Below, piece by piece: positions 33,851 to 42,920 of a stretch of 60,152 nucleotides of DNA (positions are counted from its first letter, which is position 1; each line of letters starts with the position of its first letter). The DNA is from Kordiimonadaceae bacterium. Lineage in GTDB: Bacteria; Pseudomonadota; Alphaproteobacteria; Sphingomonadales; Kordiimonadaceae. The stretch covers positions 1 through 60,152 of the forward strand of contig JAESQS010000026.1 of NCBI GenBank assembly GCA_016765035.1, in the 5' to 3' direction. A model generated the notes under the pieces. That model saw only the letters and a list, made by a program, of their open reading frames with translations, was not told the origin of the DNA and made no database searches. The position numbers were made by a program, and so were the translations under genes.

Positions 33851-35971
33851 ATGAATAAGCATACCTTTAAATATTTACTTGGTTTATCTGGGTTCGCCTT
33901 GATGCAAAGTGCAATACAGGCGCCCATAAGTGCTGCGGACGAAGCAGATGAAACTGTCAACTTCGAAGAAATTATCGTTACAGCAAGCAAGCGCTCACAG
34001 CGGTTGATCGATGTGCCAATGGCCATTGCAACAATCAGCGGTGCAGACCTGCAAAAGCGTGGTGTTGATACAATTCAAGACCTGTCTTTTGCTGTTCCAG
34101 GTTTGACAATGCGGGAAGATGGCCCTGGTAGTTACCAGATCTTCTTGCGCGGTGTCGCCAACGCCCACGGTGGTGGTGCGCTTACTAGTGTTTATCAAGA
34201 TGAAGTGCCAATGGTACTGACCGGTTTTGATGTATTGCCAACCCGCACGATGGATTTAGCCCGTGTGGAAGTGTTGAAAGGCCCTCAGGGCACACTTTAT
34301 GGTCAAGGCGCAGTTGGTGGCGCTGTTCGCTATATTACCAATCGCCCTAATCTTGATACTTTTGAAGGTAGAATTGAAGGCGAGCTGGAAACAGTCAAAA
34401 CGGGCGACATGGGTGTAACTCTTGTAGGTGTTTTGAACGTTCCTATTGTTGAAGATCGGTTTGCTGTCCGTATTGCGGCTACCGTAAAAAGTGGCGGTGG
34501 GTGGCAAGACCAGCCCGCTGCGGGCATTGAAAACGGAAACGGTGAAGAGCTGACAAATGTGCGCGTTAGAGCATTGTGGAAACCATCAGATGAACTTGAA
34601 ATTCTTGGTACATTCGTTTCTTACCGTGCTGAATATGAGTTAGGGCAAGGCTATGAGCAGCCAGATAGGACTATATTCGTAGCCATTGACCCTTCCAAAA
34701 CATTAATTCCTAAAATCTGGGATTATGAGCTTTATAATCTGGAAGTTTCTTATGACTTTGGTGGTTTTGAGCTGCTAAGCTCAACAAGCTATGTTGACCA
34801 CACTCACCAATATCCCTTTGCCTACTTTGGTGGGCCGCAAACAATTTATGGCGGCGCTCTTTCCGGGAATGGTAACCGGTATAACCCCGGTAGCCAGTTT
34901 AGCCAAGAAGTGCGCTTAACATCTACGGGTGATGGACCGCTTCAGTGGACTGTTGGTGGTTTTTACCGTGATATGGACCGCTCGTTAACAGCGCTTTTCG
35001 AGTTTCAGTTTGGTGCTTTCATAGCGCCAGAAGCTGAGTTCTTTTCTTCAGGTACAGCGAAATCAATTGCCGTGTTCGCAGACGTTTCTTATGAAATTAC
35101 TGAAAAGCTAACGGCCGGTGTTGGTGTCCGTTACTTTGAAGAAGATGGTGTTGCCGTGAGCAACAAGGCACCTGACCAAGTAATACAAGAAGCAACTTTT
35201 GATTCTGTCGATCCACGCTTTTACTTAAGCTATGCAGCAATCGATGATGTAAATATCTATGCTAGTGCGGCAAAAGGTTTCCGTAGTGGTGGTTTTAATG
35301 CAGCACCGCTTCCTGCATTTGATCCTGAAACCTTATGGAGTTATGAGCTGGGCGTTAAAGGCAGTTTCTTTGACGGCACTCTATATCTTGATATGGCTGG
35401 TTTCTACACTGTGTATAGCGACATGCTCCGTCGTGGCCTGATCTTCCTTGGTGGTGACCTTGGCTTCCAGTCACTTGTAAGCAACATTGGTGAAGCTGAA
35501 ATAAAAGGCTTTGAGACTTCTTTTGCTTGGAAAGCAACCAGCGCTTTGACCATCAGTGGTTCTGCTACATTTATGAGCGCAGAAGTGACAGAGCTTGATG
35601 AAGGCACAGAATCTAACAATGTTGGGGACCCAATTGATTATGTTCCTGACTTCAGCGGGACACTCAGTGCAAATTACGACTTTAATTGGTCTGATGAAAT
35701 GCCAGGATTTGCCCGCTTAGACTTTAGCTACCGTGATAAAATGCCTTATGTTGACCTAACAAGTTTCCCACTTGAGAACACACCACAATTCTCTGATTCC
35801 ATTGGCTTGTTGGATGCGCGTATTGGTCTTACGTCAGGTAAAATTAATGTAGAGCTTTATGCGAAAAACCTTACGAACGTTAATAAATATATTGACCCGT
35901 ATCGCGCTTGGAACAATGCCAACCGTACGCACCCGCGCACAGTTGGTATTAAAGTTGGCCTTGATTTCTAA
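33851..35971 (+). CDS. TonB-dependent receptor
   Basis: Signal peptide, EEIIVTASKR, VEVLKGPQGTLYG and terminal LDF; GGAGGAG RBS before ATG 33851. Confidence 0.95.
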   Translation: MNKHTFKYLLGLSGFALMQSAIQAPISAADEADETVNFEEIIVTASKRSQRLIDVPMAIATISGADLQKRGVDTIQDLSFAVPGLTMREDGPGSYQIFLRGVANAHGGGALTSVYQDEVPMVLTGFDVLPTRTMDLARVEVLKGPQGTLYGQGAVGGAVRYITNRPNLDTFEGRIEGELETVKTGDMGVTLVGVLNVPIVEDRFAVRIAATVKSGGGWQDQPAAGIENGNGEELTNVRVRALWKPSDELEILGTFVSYRAEYELGQGYEQPDRTIFVAIDPSKTLIPKIWDYELYNLEVSYDFGGFELLSSTSYVDHTHQYPFAYFGGPQTIYGGALSGNGNRYNPGSQFSQEVRLTSTGDGPLQWTVGGFYRDMDRSLTALFEFQFGAFIAPEAEFFSSGTAKSIAVFADVSYEITEKLTAGVGVRYFEEDGVAVSNKAPDQVIQEATFDSVDPRFYLSYAAIDDVNIYASAAKGFRSGGFNAAPLPAFDPETLWSYELGVKGSFFDGTLYLDMAGFYTVYSDMLRRGLIFLGGDLGFQSLVSNIGEAEIKGFETSFAWKATSALTISGSATFMSAEVTELDEGTESNNVGDPIDYVPDFSGTLSANYDFNWSDEMPGFARLDFSYRDKMPYVDLTSFPLENTPQFSDSIGLLDARIGLTSGKINVELYAKNLTNVNKYIDPYRAWNNANRTHPRTVGIKVGLDF

Positions 35972-35998
35972 AGACTGAAGTCGCACCCAAACATTGGG

Positions 35999-36044
35999 GA
36001 GGCACGTTCGGCAGCATGAAAATGCGCGGCGTGCCTTTTCTTTT
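35999..36044 (+). terminator. Probable intrinsic terminator
   Basis: GAGGCACG...CGTGCCTT hairpin followed by TTCTTTT. Confidence 0.55.
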
Positions 36045-36120
36045 AGGGGCGGTGTTTACCCAACGCCAAGGCTGGCTGTTTTCACGGTGACGTAATGAAG
36101 GCGAGCTTGTGCTGCCGCAT

Positions 36121-36205
36121 AAAAATACTGCTCAAACACTGCCAAAGTTACCGCGAAAGTTACCGCCAAAATTACCGGCAAAACACTGCCAAAATACTGA
36201 CTGAA
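36121..36205. repeat. Degenerate 11-12 bp tandem repeat (~7 units, AAARTTACYGCC-like)
   Basis: aaaatactgctc aaacactgccaa agttaccgcgaa agttaccgccaa aattaccggcaa aacactgccaaa atactgac. Confidence 0.65.
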
Positions 36206-36229
36206 ACTTGTTTAAAATGAGAGACAGCA

Positions 36230-36964
36230 ATGCCTGATGAGCTGACAACCCGTGTGCCTTTAGCAAAAACCTGGGATGACGTTGGGCGTACTATGTTCAC
36301 GCCTGAACATTATGAACTTCCGGAACAAGTGCAGATGGTTTCTTTTGCGGCAGCAAATCCTGTACCGCAGGTATTTACCGACCATGAGGGGCAAATGCGT
36401 GCGTCGGCTATCCCGATGATACCTGTTAAAAATAACAGTTCAGAGATCAGTTCATTTGTGGGGCATTTGGCTTCTCGCAACGGCCAGACAGAGGCAATAA
36501 AAGCAGGCGCTGTGGGCCTTGCTTTATTCAGTGGACCCAGCGCGTATATTTCTCCCCGGTGGTTTCGAAAAAATATCACTGCGCCCACCTTTAGCTATGT
36601 TTCTGTACAGGTACGCGGGACATTTGTACCCCTCTCAGGCGAAGAAGAAACGTGGGAAGTGATCCGCAATACAGTGGCGCATATGGAAGCCATGGTAACA
36701 GCGCAATCGGGCGGAAAGCCTTGGCGCATGAAAGAATTACTAACAGAGCAAATGGAACGGTATCTGCCGATGGTTTTGGCTTTTCGATTTGAAATAGACA
36801 GCATTGAAGGGGTGAATAGGCTCAATCAAGAAAAAGACGTCGTGGATATGGAAAATATTATCGATGGCCTGAAAGAGACAGGCGCTGCTGGGTCAATGCA
36901 GATAGCTGCTTTGATGCAGGAAAATTTGGATGCGATTTTGTCCCATGCTGATGGGCAAGATTGA
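36230..36964 (+). CDS. PaiB-like FMN/heme-binding split-barrel protein
   Basis: GHLASRN, FSGPSAYISPRWF, PTFSYVSVQVRG and RLNQEK motifs. Confidence 0.8.
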   Translation: MPDELTTRVPLAKTWDDVGRTMFTPEHYELPEQVQMVSFAAANPVPQVFTDHEGQMRASAIPMIPVKNNSSEISSFVGHLASRNGQTEAIKAGAVGLALFSGPSAYISPRWFRKNITAPTFSYVSVQVRGTFVPLSGEEETWEVIRNTVAHMEAMVTAQSGGKPWRMKELLTEQMERYLPMVLAFRFEIDSIEGVNRLNQEKDVVDMENIIDGLKETGAAGSMQIAALMQENLDAILSHADGQD

Positions 36965-36986
36965 TGATTTTATGGGGTAAAATGGT

Positions 36987-37025
36987 GGTGCTTTTTGCGC
37001 ACCATAATTTGTCCGATTCGCACCT
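36987..37025 (+). promoter_or_regulatory. LysR-type box plus secondary half-site upstream of the aminotransferase
   Basis: GGTGCTTTTTGCGCACC (36987-37003), then 14 nt, then TCGCACCT. Confidence 0.7.
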
Positions 37026-37176
37026 TCCTGCAAGGGGTGTAGCGGCATAAAATCCTGACTGAATGATGGAATTTATATGAGTCCCAACTTGGCCTGAGTA
37101 TTCTTGCGCATTCCCAGCGCGAGGGTAGTCAGGCCTGCTTTCTGGGCTCTATCGTGACTAAAGGCTGGAGTATTAT

Positions 37177-38550
37177 ATGTTTTACGTGCAACGCGGGACT
37201 AAAGAGTGGCAAGATATGGATGTTGCCCATCATCTTCACCCCTTTACCGACCCACAGTATTTTGACACCAAAAAGCCCCTTGTTATTACTAAAGCAGAGG
37301 GTTCTCATGTGTGGGATTCAGAAGGCCGTAAAATTCTTGATGGCATGGCTGGCCTGTGGTGCGTGAATGTTGGCTATGGTCGTTCGGAGCTTATCGAAGC
37401 ATCAGACCGGCAAATGCGGGAATTGGCGTATTATAATACGTTTTTCCAAACGGCGACCCCAACACAAATTGAATTGGGTCATGTGCTATCTGGTGTAACC
37501 CCAGAAGGGCTTGATCATTTTTTCTTTGCCAATTCAGGGTCAGAAGCCAACGATACAGTGGTGCGCATGGTTCGGCATTTTTGGGAAGTAGAAGGCCAAC
37601 CAGAGAAACAAGCTATCATTGGCCGTACCCTTGGCTATCACGGCAGTACAGTTGCAGCAACCAGCCTTGGTGGTATGAAGCCAATGCATGATCTGGGCAA
37701 ATCTTTGCTGCCAGGCTTTGAGCATATTACGCACCCTCATTGGTATTTAAATGGGGAAGATCTTTCTCGCGAAGACTATGGCCTGAAAGCTGCGCAGGCG
37801 CTTGAGGAAAAAATCCTTGAGCTAGGGGCAGACACAGTGGCTGCTTTCATTGGCGAGCCAATACAGGGTGCGGGCGGCGTGATTGATCCTCCCGCTACAT
37901 ACTGGCCAGAAATTCAGCGTATTTGTCGTAAATATGACATTCTACTTGTTGCGGATGAAGTGATATGTGGGTTTGGTCGCGTAGGTCATTGGTTTGCGTC
38001 AGAAGCTTATGGCATTGAACCTGATTTGATGCCGATGGCGAAGGGTCTTTCTTCTGGCTATCTGCCTATCGCCGCAGTTGCCTATAATGACCGTGTTCAT
38101 GCCACTCTTAGAAAAGGCGGGGTTTTCTCGCATGGCTATACATATTCGGGCCACCCTGTTGCCTGTGCTGTGGCGCTCGCTAACATTCAATTGATTAAAG
38201 ATGATGGCCTGATTGATCGCGTGAAAACGGATATTGGCCCCTATTTTCGGGCGAAAATGGACGCTGTGCTTGCTAGCCACCCTCTTGTTGGGGAAGTTCG
38301 GGGTGCTGGGCTTCTTGCGGGTATCCAATTGGTTAAAAATAAGGAAACCAAAGAGCTGTTTCCTACAGAGCAGGCAATCGCGACTAAATGCCGGGATTAT
38401 TGCCTTGAGCATGGGGTGATTATGCGCGCAGTGGGTCAGTCTATGGCGGCAAGCCCTCCGCTTATTATCACTAAGCCTGAGGTGGATACTCTGGTGGAAG
38501 TTGCCAAGGTATCGCTTGATCTAGCAGCCAAAGATGTTGGGATTCTATAA
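37177..38550 (+). CDS. Class III omega-aminotransferase (SpuC-like)
   Basis: DGMAGLWCVNVGYGR, SGSEANDT, ADEVICGFGR, AKGLSSGYLP and HGYTYSGHP motifs. Confidence 0.95.
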   Translation: MFYVQRGTKEWQDMDVAHHLHPFTDPQYFDTKKPLVITKAEGSHVWDSEGRKILDGMAGLWCVNVGYGRSELIEASDRQMRELAYYNTFFQTATPTQIELGHVLSGVTPEGLDHFFFANSGSEANDTVVRMVRHFWEVEGQPEKQAIIGRTLGYHGSTVAATSLGGMKPMHDLGKSLLPGFEHITHPHWYLNGEDLSREDYGLKAAQALEEKILELGADTVAAFIGEPIQGAGGVIDPPATYWPEIQRICRKYDILLVADEVICGFGRVGHWFASEAYGIEPDLMPMAKGLSSGYLPIAAVAYNDRVHATLRKGGVFSHGYTYSGHPVACAVALANIQLIKDDGLIDRVKTDIGPYFRAKMDAVLASHPLVGEVRGAGLLAGIQLVKNKETKELFPTEQAIATKCRDYCLEHGVIMRAVGQSMAASPPLIITKPEVDTLVEVAKVSLDLAAKDVGIL

Positions 38551-40008
38551 ATGAGCGCACCTGTTGCTGGCAGTTTTTTAGCCAGAGTATTTGACGCGGC
38601 TTTACCGGGCGGTGTGAATGCATCTAGTTTCCCTGTGTTTAACCCTGCAACTGGGGTTAAGATTACGCAAGTAGCTGATATGGGGCCTGCTGAAACTGAG
38701 GGCGCTATAGCTAAGGCTTATGAAGCACAGAAGCTATGGGCCAAGGAAACCGCAAAAGCCCGCGCTAAACTGCTGATGGCATGGTATGATCTTATCTTGG
38801 AGCATCAGGAAGATCTGGCCCAGTTGCTGACCCTTGAAATGGGTAAGCCGCTTGTTGAAGCCCGTGGTGAAATTGGGTTTGGCGCTACTTTCATTGAGTG
38901 GTTTGCAGAAGAAGGCAAGCGTTTGTACGGGGATATAATCCCTACAAATATGCCGGGTCGGCGTTTGATGGTGCTGAAGCAGCCTATCGGCGTTGTGGCG
39001 GCCATTACGCCGTGGAATTTCCCAAATGCAATGATCACTCGTAAAATTGCGCCGGCACTGGCCGCTGGGTGTAGCTGTGTATTAAAGCCTGCGGAAGACA
39101 CGCCTTTGTCGGCGGTGGCGCTCGCTATTCTTGCGGATGACGCGGGGTTGCCGGATGGTTTGATAAATATTATCACAGCTCAAAATGCGCCAGCAGTGGC
39201 GAAAGTTCTTACTGAACACCCAGATATACGAAAACTATCTTTCACGGGTTCTACACGTGTTGGAAAGCTTTTGATGAAGGGCTGTGCGGACAGTGTTAAA
39301 AAAGTGTCGCTTGAACTTGGTGGCAATGCACCTTTCATTGTTTTTGAAGATGCAGATATTGATGCTGCCGTTCAGGGGGCTTTGCTGTCGAAGTACCGGA
39401 ATGCAGGCCAAACCTGCGTAAGCAGCAACCGCTTTTATATCCATGAAAATGTGTTCAGCGCGTTTGCTGAAAAACTGACTGCCGCAGTTGACGTTATGAC
39501 CGTAGGGGACGGCATGGTTGATGGCACTACCGTAGGGCCACTTATCAATAATGCTGCGCTTACCAAAGTGTTGGGGCTTGTTAAAGGCGCATTAGATGCG
39601 GGTGCTAAAGCTGTTACTGGTGGGGGGGTACACCCGCATGGTGAAAATTACTTTGAGCCTACTATTTTGGTTGATGCCAAAAATGATATGGAAATTGCTC
39701 AGGCTGAAATATTTGGCCCTGTGGCTGTGCTCTATTCTTTTAAAACGGAAGAAGAGGTTACCCTGTCAGCCAATGATACGCCCTATGGCCTTGCAGCTTA
39801 TTGCTACACACGCGATATGGCGCGTTGCTGGCGCATGAGTGAAGCTTTGGAATATGGCATGGTGGCGATAAATGAAGGCACTGTTGCCAGTGAAGCTGCT
39901 CCTTTTGGCGGTGTTAAACAATCTGGCATTGGCCGCGAAGGGTCAAAATACGGGCTGGATGATTTCACCGAAATTAAATGTGTCAGCATGGCAGGCATTG
40001 GCGGTTAG
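38551..40008 (+). CDS. gabD: NAD(P)-dependent succinate-semialdehyde dehydrogenase family
   Basis: ITPWNFP, FTGST, LELGGNAPF, RNAGQTC, EIFGP and GREGSKYG motifs. Confidence 0.9.
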   Translation: MSAPVAGSFLARVFDAALPGGVNASSFPVFNPATGVKITQVADMGPAETEGAIAKAYEAQKLWAKETAKARAKLLMAWYDLILEHQEDLAQLLTLEMGKPLVEARGEIGFGATFIEWFAEEGKRLYGDIIPTNMPGRRLMVLKQPIGVVAAITPWNFPNAMITRKIAPALAAGCSCVLKPAEDTPLSAVALAILADDAGLPDGLINIITAQNAPAVAKVLTEHPDIRKLSFTGSTRVGKLLMKGCADSVKKVSLELGGNAPFIVFEDADIDAAVQGALLSKYRNAGQTCVSSNRFYIHENVFSAFAEKLTAAVDVMTVGDGMVDGTTVGPLINNAALTKVLGLVKGALDAGAKAVTGGGVHPHGENYFEPTILVDAKNDMEIAQAEIFGPVAVLYSFKTEEEVTLSANDTPYGLAAYCYTRDMARCWRMSEALEYGMVAINEGTVASEAAPFGGVKQSGIGREGSKYGLDDFTEIKCVSMAGIGG

Positions 40009-40111
40009 AAACTCTCTAAATATGTAAGCAATTTGCTTAACTGGTGGCGCAGGTCTATATCTCGCACAGGTTAGCATGAAGGATGTGGTGGCCGCTTTGT
40101 AAGGAGTTGCT

Positions 40112-41347
40112 GTGACAGACCTTCAACATAATGCTCAAAACATGCCTCAAAATTCTTCAAGATTTCGCGTGCCAAAACTAGCACCGGAAAGCTTGTTGGC
40201 CGTTATCTTGCTGTCCTTTCTGGGCACCGCAGGCGTGTTTTATGCCAATATTTTGGCAGCCCTCGTAAGTGGGCTTGTTGAAGGGTTAAAATATACTCAG
40301 GAAACAGCAGGGTATGTCGCTGCTGCTAATGTTTACGGCGCTGCCTTTGGGGCTTTCGCTGCTGTCTTTGCCGTGAAGCGGGTGGCATGGAAGCCAGCGG
40401 CTTTTTGTTCTTTGCTGGCTTTGATGGCAATTGATTTAGTGTCCACGCAAATAACGTTGAGCGATATATTAATACCGGTTCGCTTTGGCCATGGGCTTGT
40501 CGGGGGCTTTCTTGTTGGAGTGGCTTTTTCTGTCTTTGCGCGCACCACCAGCCCTGATCGCACCTTTGGCATGTTGTTGGTGACACAAGCTGGCATTGGC
40601 GGTACAGGCCTTATGTTTTTACCAAAATTGGTACCGGTTTACGGGACATCTGTGCTGTTTCTTGCTCTGTTTAGCTTTAGTGCTGTCACCGTGTTTATGC
40701 TGCCATTTCTTTCTGATTATCCCGTCAAAAATACAGCAACCGACAAGCCAAACGAAGGCATGAAGAATAGGCCAGAAGAAGGCACAAATGAAAGTAAGTT
40801 GATGCTTGGGCCGTTGCTTCTTGCTTTGTTGGGAATATTTGTTTTTCAGGCAAGCAATATGGGGCTGGCTGCCTATATGATCGAACTGGGAAAAAGTTTT
40901 GGTATTGCGACGGATGTGGTCAGTACGCACATTGGCGTTGCCCACTGGATTGCTGTGCTGGGTGCCTTGTTTGTCTATTTGGTTGGTACCAAATACGGCA
41001 GGGTGAAGCCGTTGCTCGTCGGCTTTTTTTTTACACTGGTGGGCATGAGCATTTTGCATCTGTCAGGCATAGCGCCGTGGTTTTTGGTGGGGAATATCAT
41101 TGTCAGTACCACTTGGGCATTCCTTATCCCCTATTTACTGGGTATGTGCGCCAAGTTTGATGCTGCAGGTCAGATGGCGACACTGTCAGGCTTTTGCTCA
41201 AAGATGGGGCTTGCAAGCGGGCCTATGGTGGCAGCGATGGTTGTTGGCAAAGGCAATTATGACCTGATTTTAAATATGGCCATTATCGGCATTGCCCTAG
41301 GCGCGTTGATTGTGTTGATGCCCGCGCGTTTTTTGGACAAGGCATAG
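40112..41347 (+). CDS. MFS transporter
   Basis: About 12 hydrophobic segments with a central hydrophilic loop. Confidence 0.88.
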   Translation: MTDLQHNAQNMPQNSSRFRVPKLAPESLLAVILLSFLGTAGVFYANILAALVSGLVEGLKYTQETAGYVAAANVYGAAFGAFAAVFAVKRVAWKPAAFCSLLALMAIDLVSTQITLSDILIPVRFGHGLVGGFLVGVAFSVFARTTSPDRTFGMLLVTQAGIGGTGLMFLPKLVPVYGTSVLFLALFSFSAVTVFMLPFLSDYPVKNTATDKPNEGMKNRPEEGTNESKLMLGPLLLALLGIFVFQASNMGLAAYMIELGKSFGIATDVVSTHIGVAHWIAVLGALFVYLVGTKYGRVKPLLVGFFFTLVGMSILHLSGIAPWFLVGNIIVSTTWAFLIPYLLGMCAKFDAAGQMATLSGFCSKMGLASGPMVAAMVVGKGNYDLILNMAIIGIALGALIVLMPARFLDKA

Positions 41348-41438
41348 GGGGGCATCTGTCTTAAGTAGGTACATATCCGCCCGCTCCCCGCTTACTCTCT
41401 GGCCGGTGATGCATCTTAAAAAACAAGATACGGCCTAG
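41345..41438 (+). repeat. MITE-like dispersed repeat (most complete short form) between convergent stop codons
   Basis: TAGGGGGGCATCTGTCTTAAGTAGGTACATATCCGCCCGCTCCCCGCTTACTCTCTGGCCGGTGATGCATCTTAA...GATACGGCCTAG. Confidence 0.8.
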
Positions 41439-42607
41439 ATACTGTCACCAGCGGCAAAACCGCTGGCCCATGCCCACTGGAAATTATAACCGCCCAGCCA
41501 ACCCGTTACATCAACACATTCACCAATAAAATAGAGGCCCGGCTGGCTTTTTGCTGCCATAGTTTTAGAGCTGAGCGCATCTGTATTCACGCCACCTTTG
41601 GTTACTTCGGCTTTTTTGAAACCTTCTGTACCATCTGGCTTTATCCGCCACTCACTAAGCCGCAGCGCAACCTCTTCCAAAATAGCGTTAGACATATCTG
41701 CCAAGTTGGCAGGCCAACTGCTGGCTATAGTGTCAGCTAATCTGTCCACCAACACGGTTGCTAGAAGTGTTTTCAAGCTTGTTTTGCCAGCATTTTGGCG
41801 TGCCTGTTTTAGCCAATCAAGTGTATCTGGAATATCGGGTAAAAGGTTGATGAAAATTTCATCCTCGGCTTGCCAGTAGGACGAAATTTGCAAAATTGCA
41901 GGGCCGGAAAGCCCCCTGTGCGTGAAGAGTAAATTTTCTCTGAAAGTAGCGCCGCCACACTGAATGATGCTATCGGCAGAAACACCAGCAAGGCTTTTCG
42001 TCGTCTTTAATAAATCACCACTAAAGGTAAAGGGTACTAAGGCCGCTGTTGGTGTTATTACAGGAATTGCAAACTGTCTTGCTATACGAAAACCATAGTC
42101 CGTTGCCCCCATTTTGGGGATGGAAACGCCCCCGCTTGCAATAATGAGGTTTTCACTCGTAAAACAGCCCTGATTGCTTGTGATCGTATAGGTGCCATCA
42201 GAAAAGCGCGTCTTTTCAATCAGCACCTCTGTTTTTAAGGTGACACCCGCTGCGGTGCATTCAGCCAAAAGGGCATCCAATATTTTCCCGGCACCTTGGT
42301 CACAAAAAAGCTGTCCCAGTGTTTTTTCATGCCACGTGGCCCCGTGCCGGGCCAGTAAATCCATAATATCCCAAGGCGTATAGCGGCTGAGGGCAGACTT
42401 CATAAAATGGGGGTTCGCACAGAGGTAAGCATTAGGGCTGGTGCCTTCATTTGTGAAGTTACACCGGCCGCCGCCTGAAATTAAGATTTTGGCTCCGGGC
42501 TTCGTGTTGCGCTCTAGCAGCAGAATTTTTTTCCCGCGCTTGCCAGCAGTTATCGCACACAGCAAACCTGCAGCACCGGCACCAATAATTATTGCATCAT
42601 ATTTCAT
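41435..42607 (-). CDS. HI0933/YhiN/BaiN family flavoprotein
   Basis: IIGAGAAG, KILISGGGRCNFTN, LFTHRGLSGP and GWLGGYNFQWAWASG motifs. Confidence 0.95.
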   Translation of the reverse strand: MKYDAIIIGAGAAGLLCAITAGKRGKKILLLERNTKPGAKILISGGGRCNFTNEGTSPNAYLCANPHFMKSALSRYTPWDIMDLLARHGATWHEKTLGQLFCDQGAGKILDALLAECTAAGVTLKTEVLIEKTRFSDGTYTITSNQGCFTSENLIIASGGVSIPKMGATDYGFRIARQFAIPVITPTAALVPFTFSGDLLKTTKSLAGVSADSIIQCGGATFRENLLFTHRGLSGPAILQISSYWQAEDEIFINLLPDIPDTLDWLKQARQNAGKTSLKTLLATVLVDRLADTIASSWPANLADMSNAILEEVALRLSEWRIKPDGTEGFKKAEVTKGGVNTDALSSKTMAAKSQPGLYFIGECVDVTGWLGGYNFQWAWASGFAAGDSI

Positions 42608-42920
42608 AAAAAGTCTTATGAACCATATGGGCCAGTGAAGCCATCACCAGTTGTTGCTGCCTGAATAATTTGACAGGTTGAATCTACAGGGGCGTAGCTT
42701 AATAAATTACAGGTACTTTGCTCACGGAGTAGTCACTTTATAAAGATGTAGTTGAAAACAGTGTTGAAAACGCTACTATCCTGCTTGAGGAAAAGTTGCA
42801 GCAGAAAAATTGCTCATTAGCCAAACCATCGCAGTGTGTGGTTGGTTTGGTATTAAACTTGCTGGAACGGGCTTAAAGCTAAGATTTAGTAAATTCATTG
42901 TATCTAGGGGACAGTTCGCA

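Noticed and set aside
36121-36205. Possible CRISPR array
   Set aside because: Units are ~12 bp and contiguous, with no spacers and no cas genes.
40025-40070. Fourth LysR box before the MFS gene
   Set aside because: Only a TCGCAC half-site and an unrelated TAAGCAATTTGCTTA palindrome; it does not fit GGTGY-N7-GCACC.
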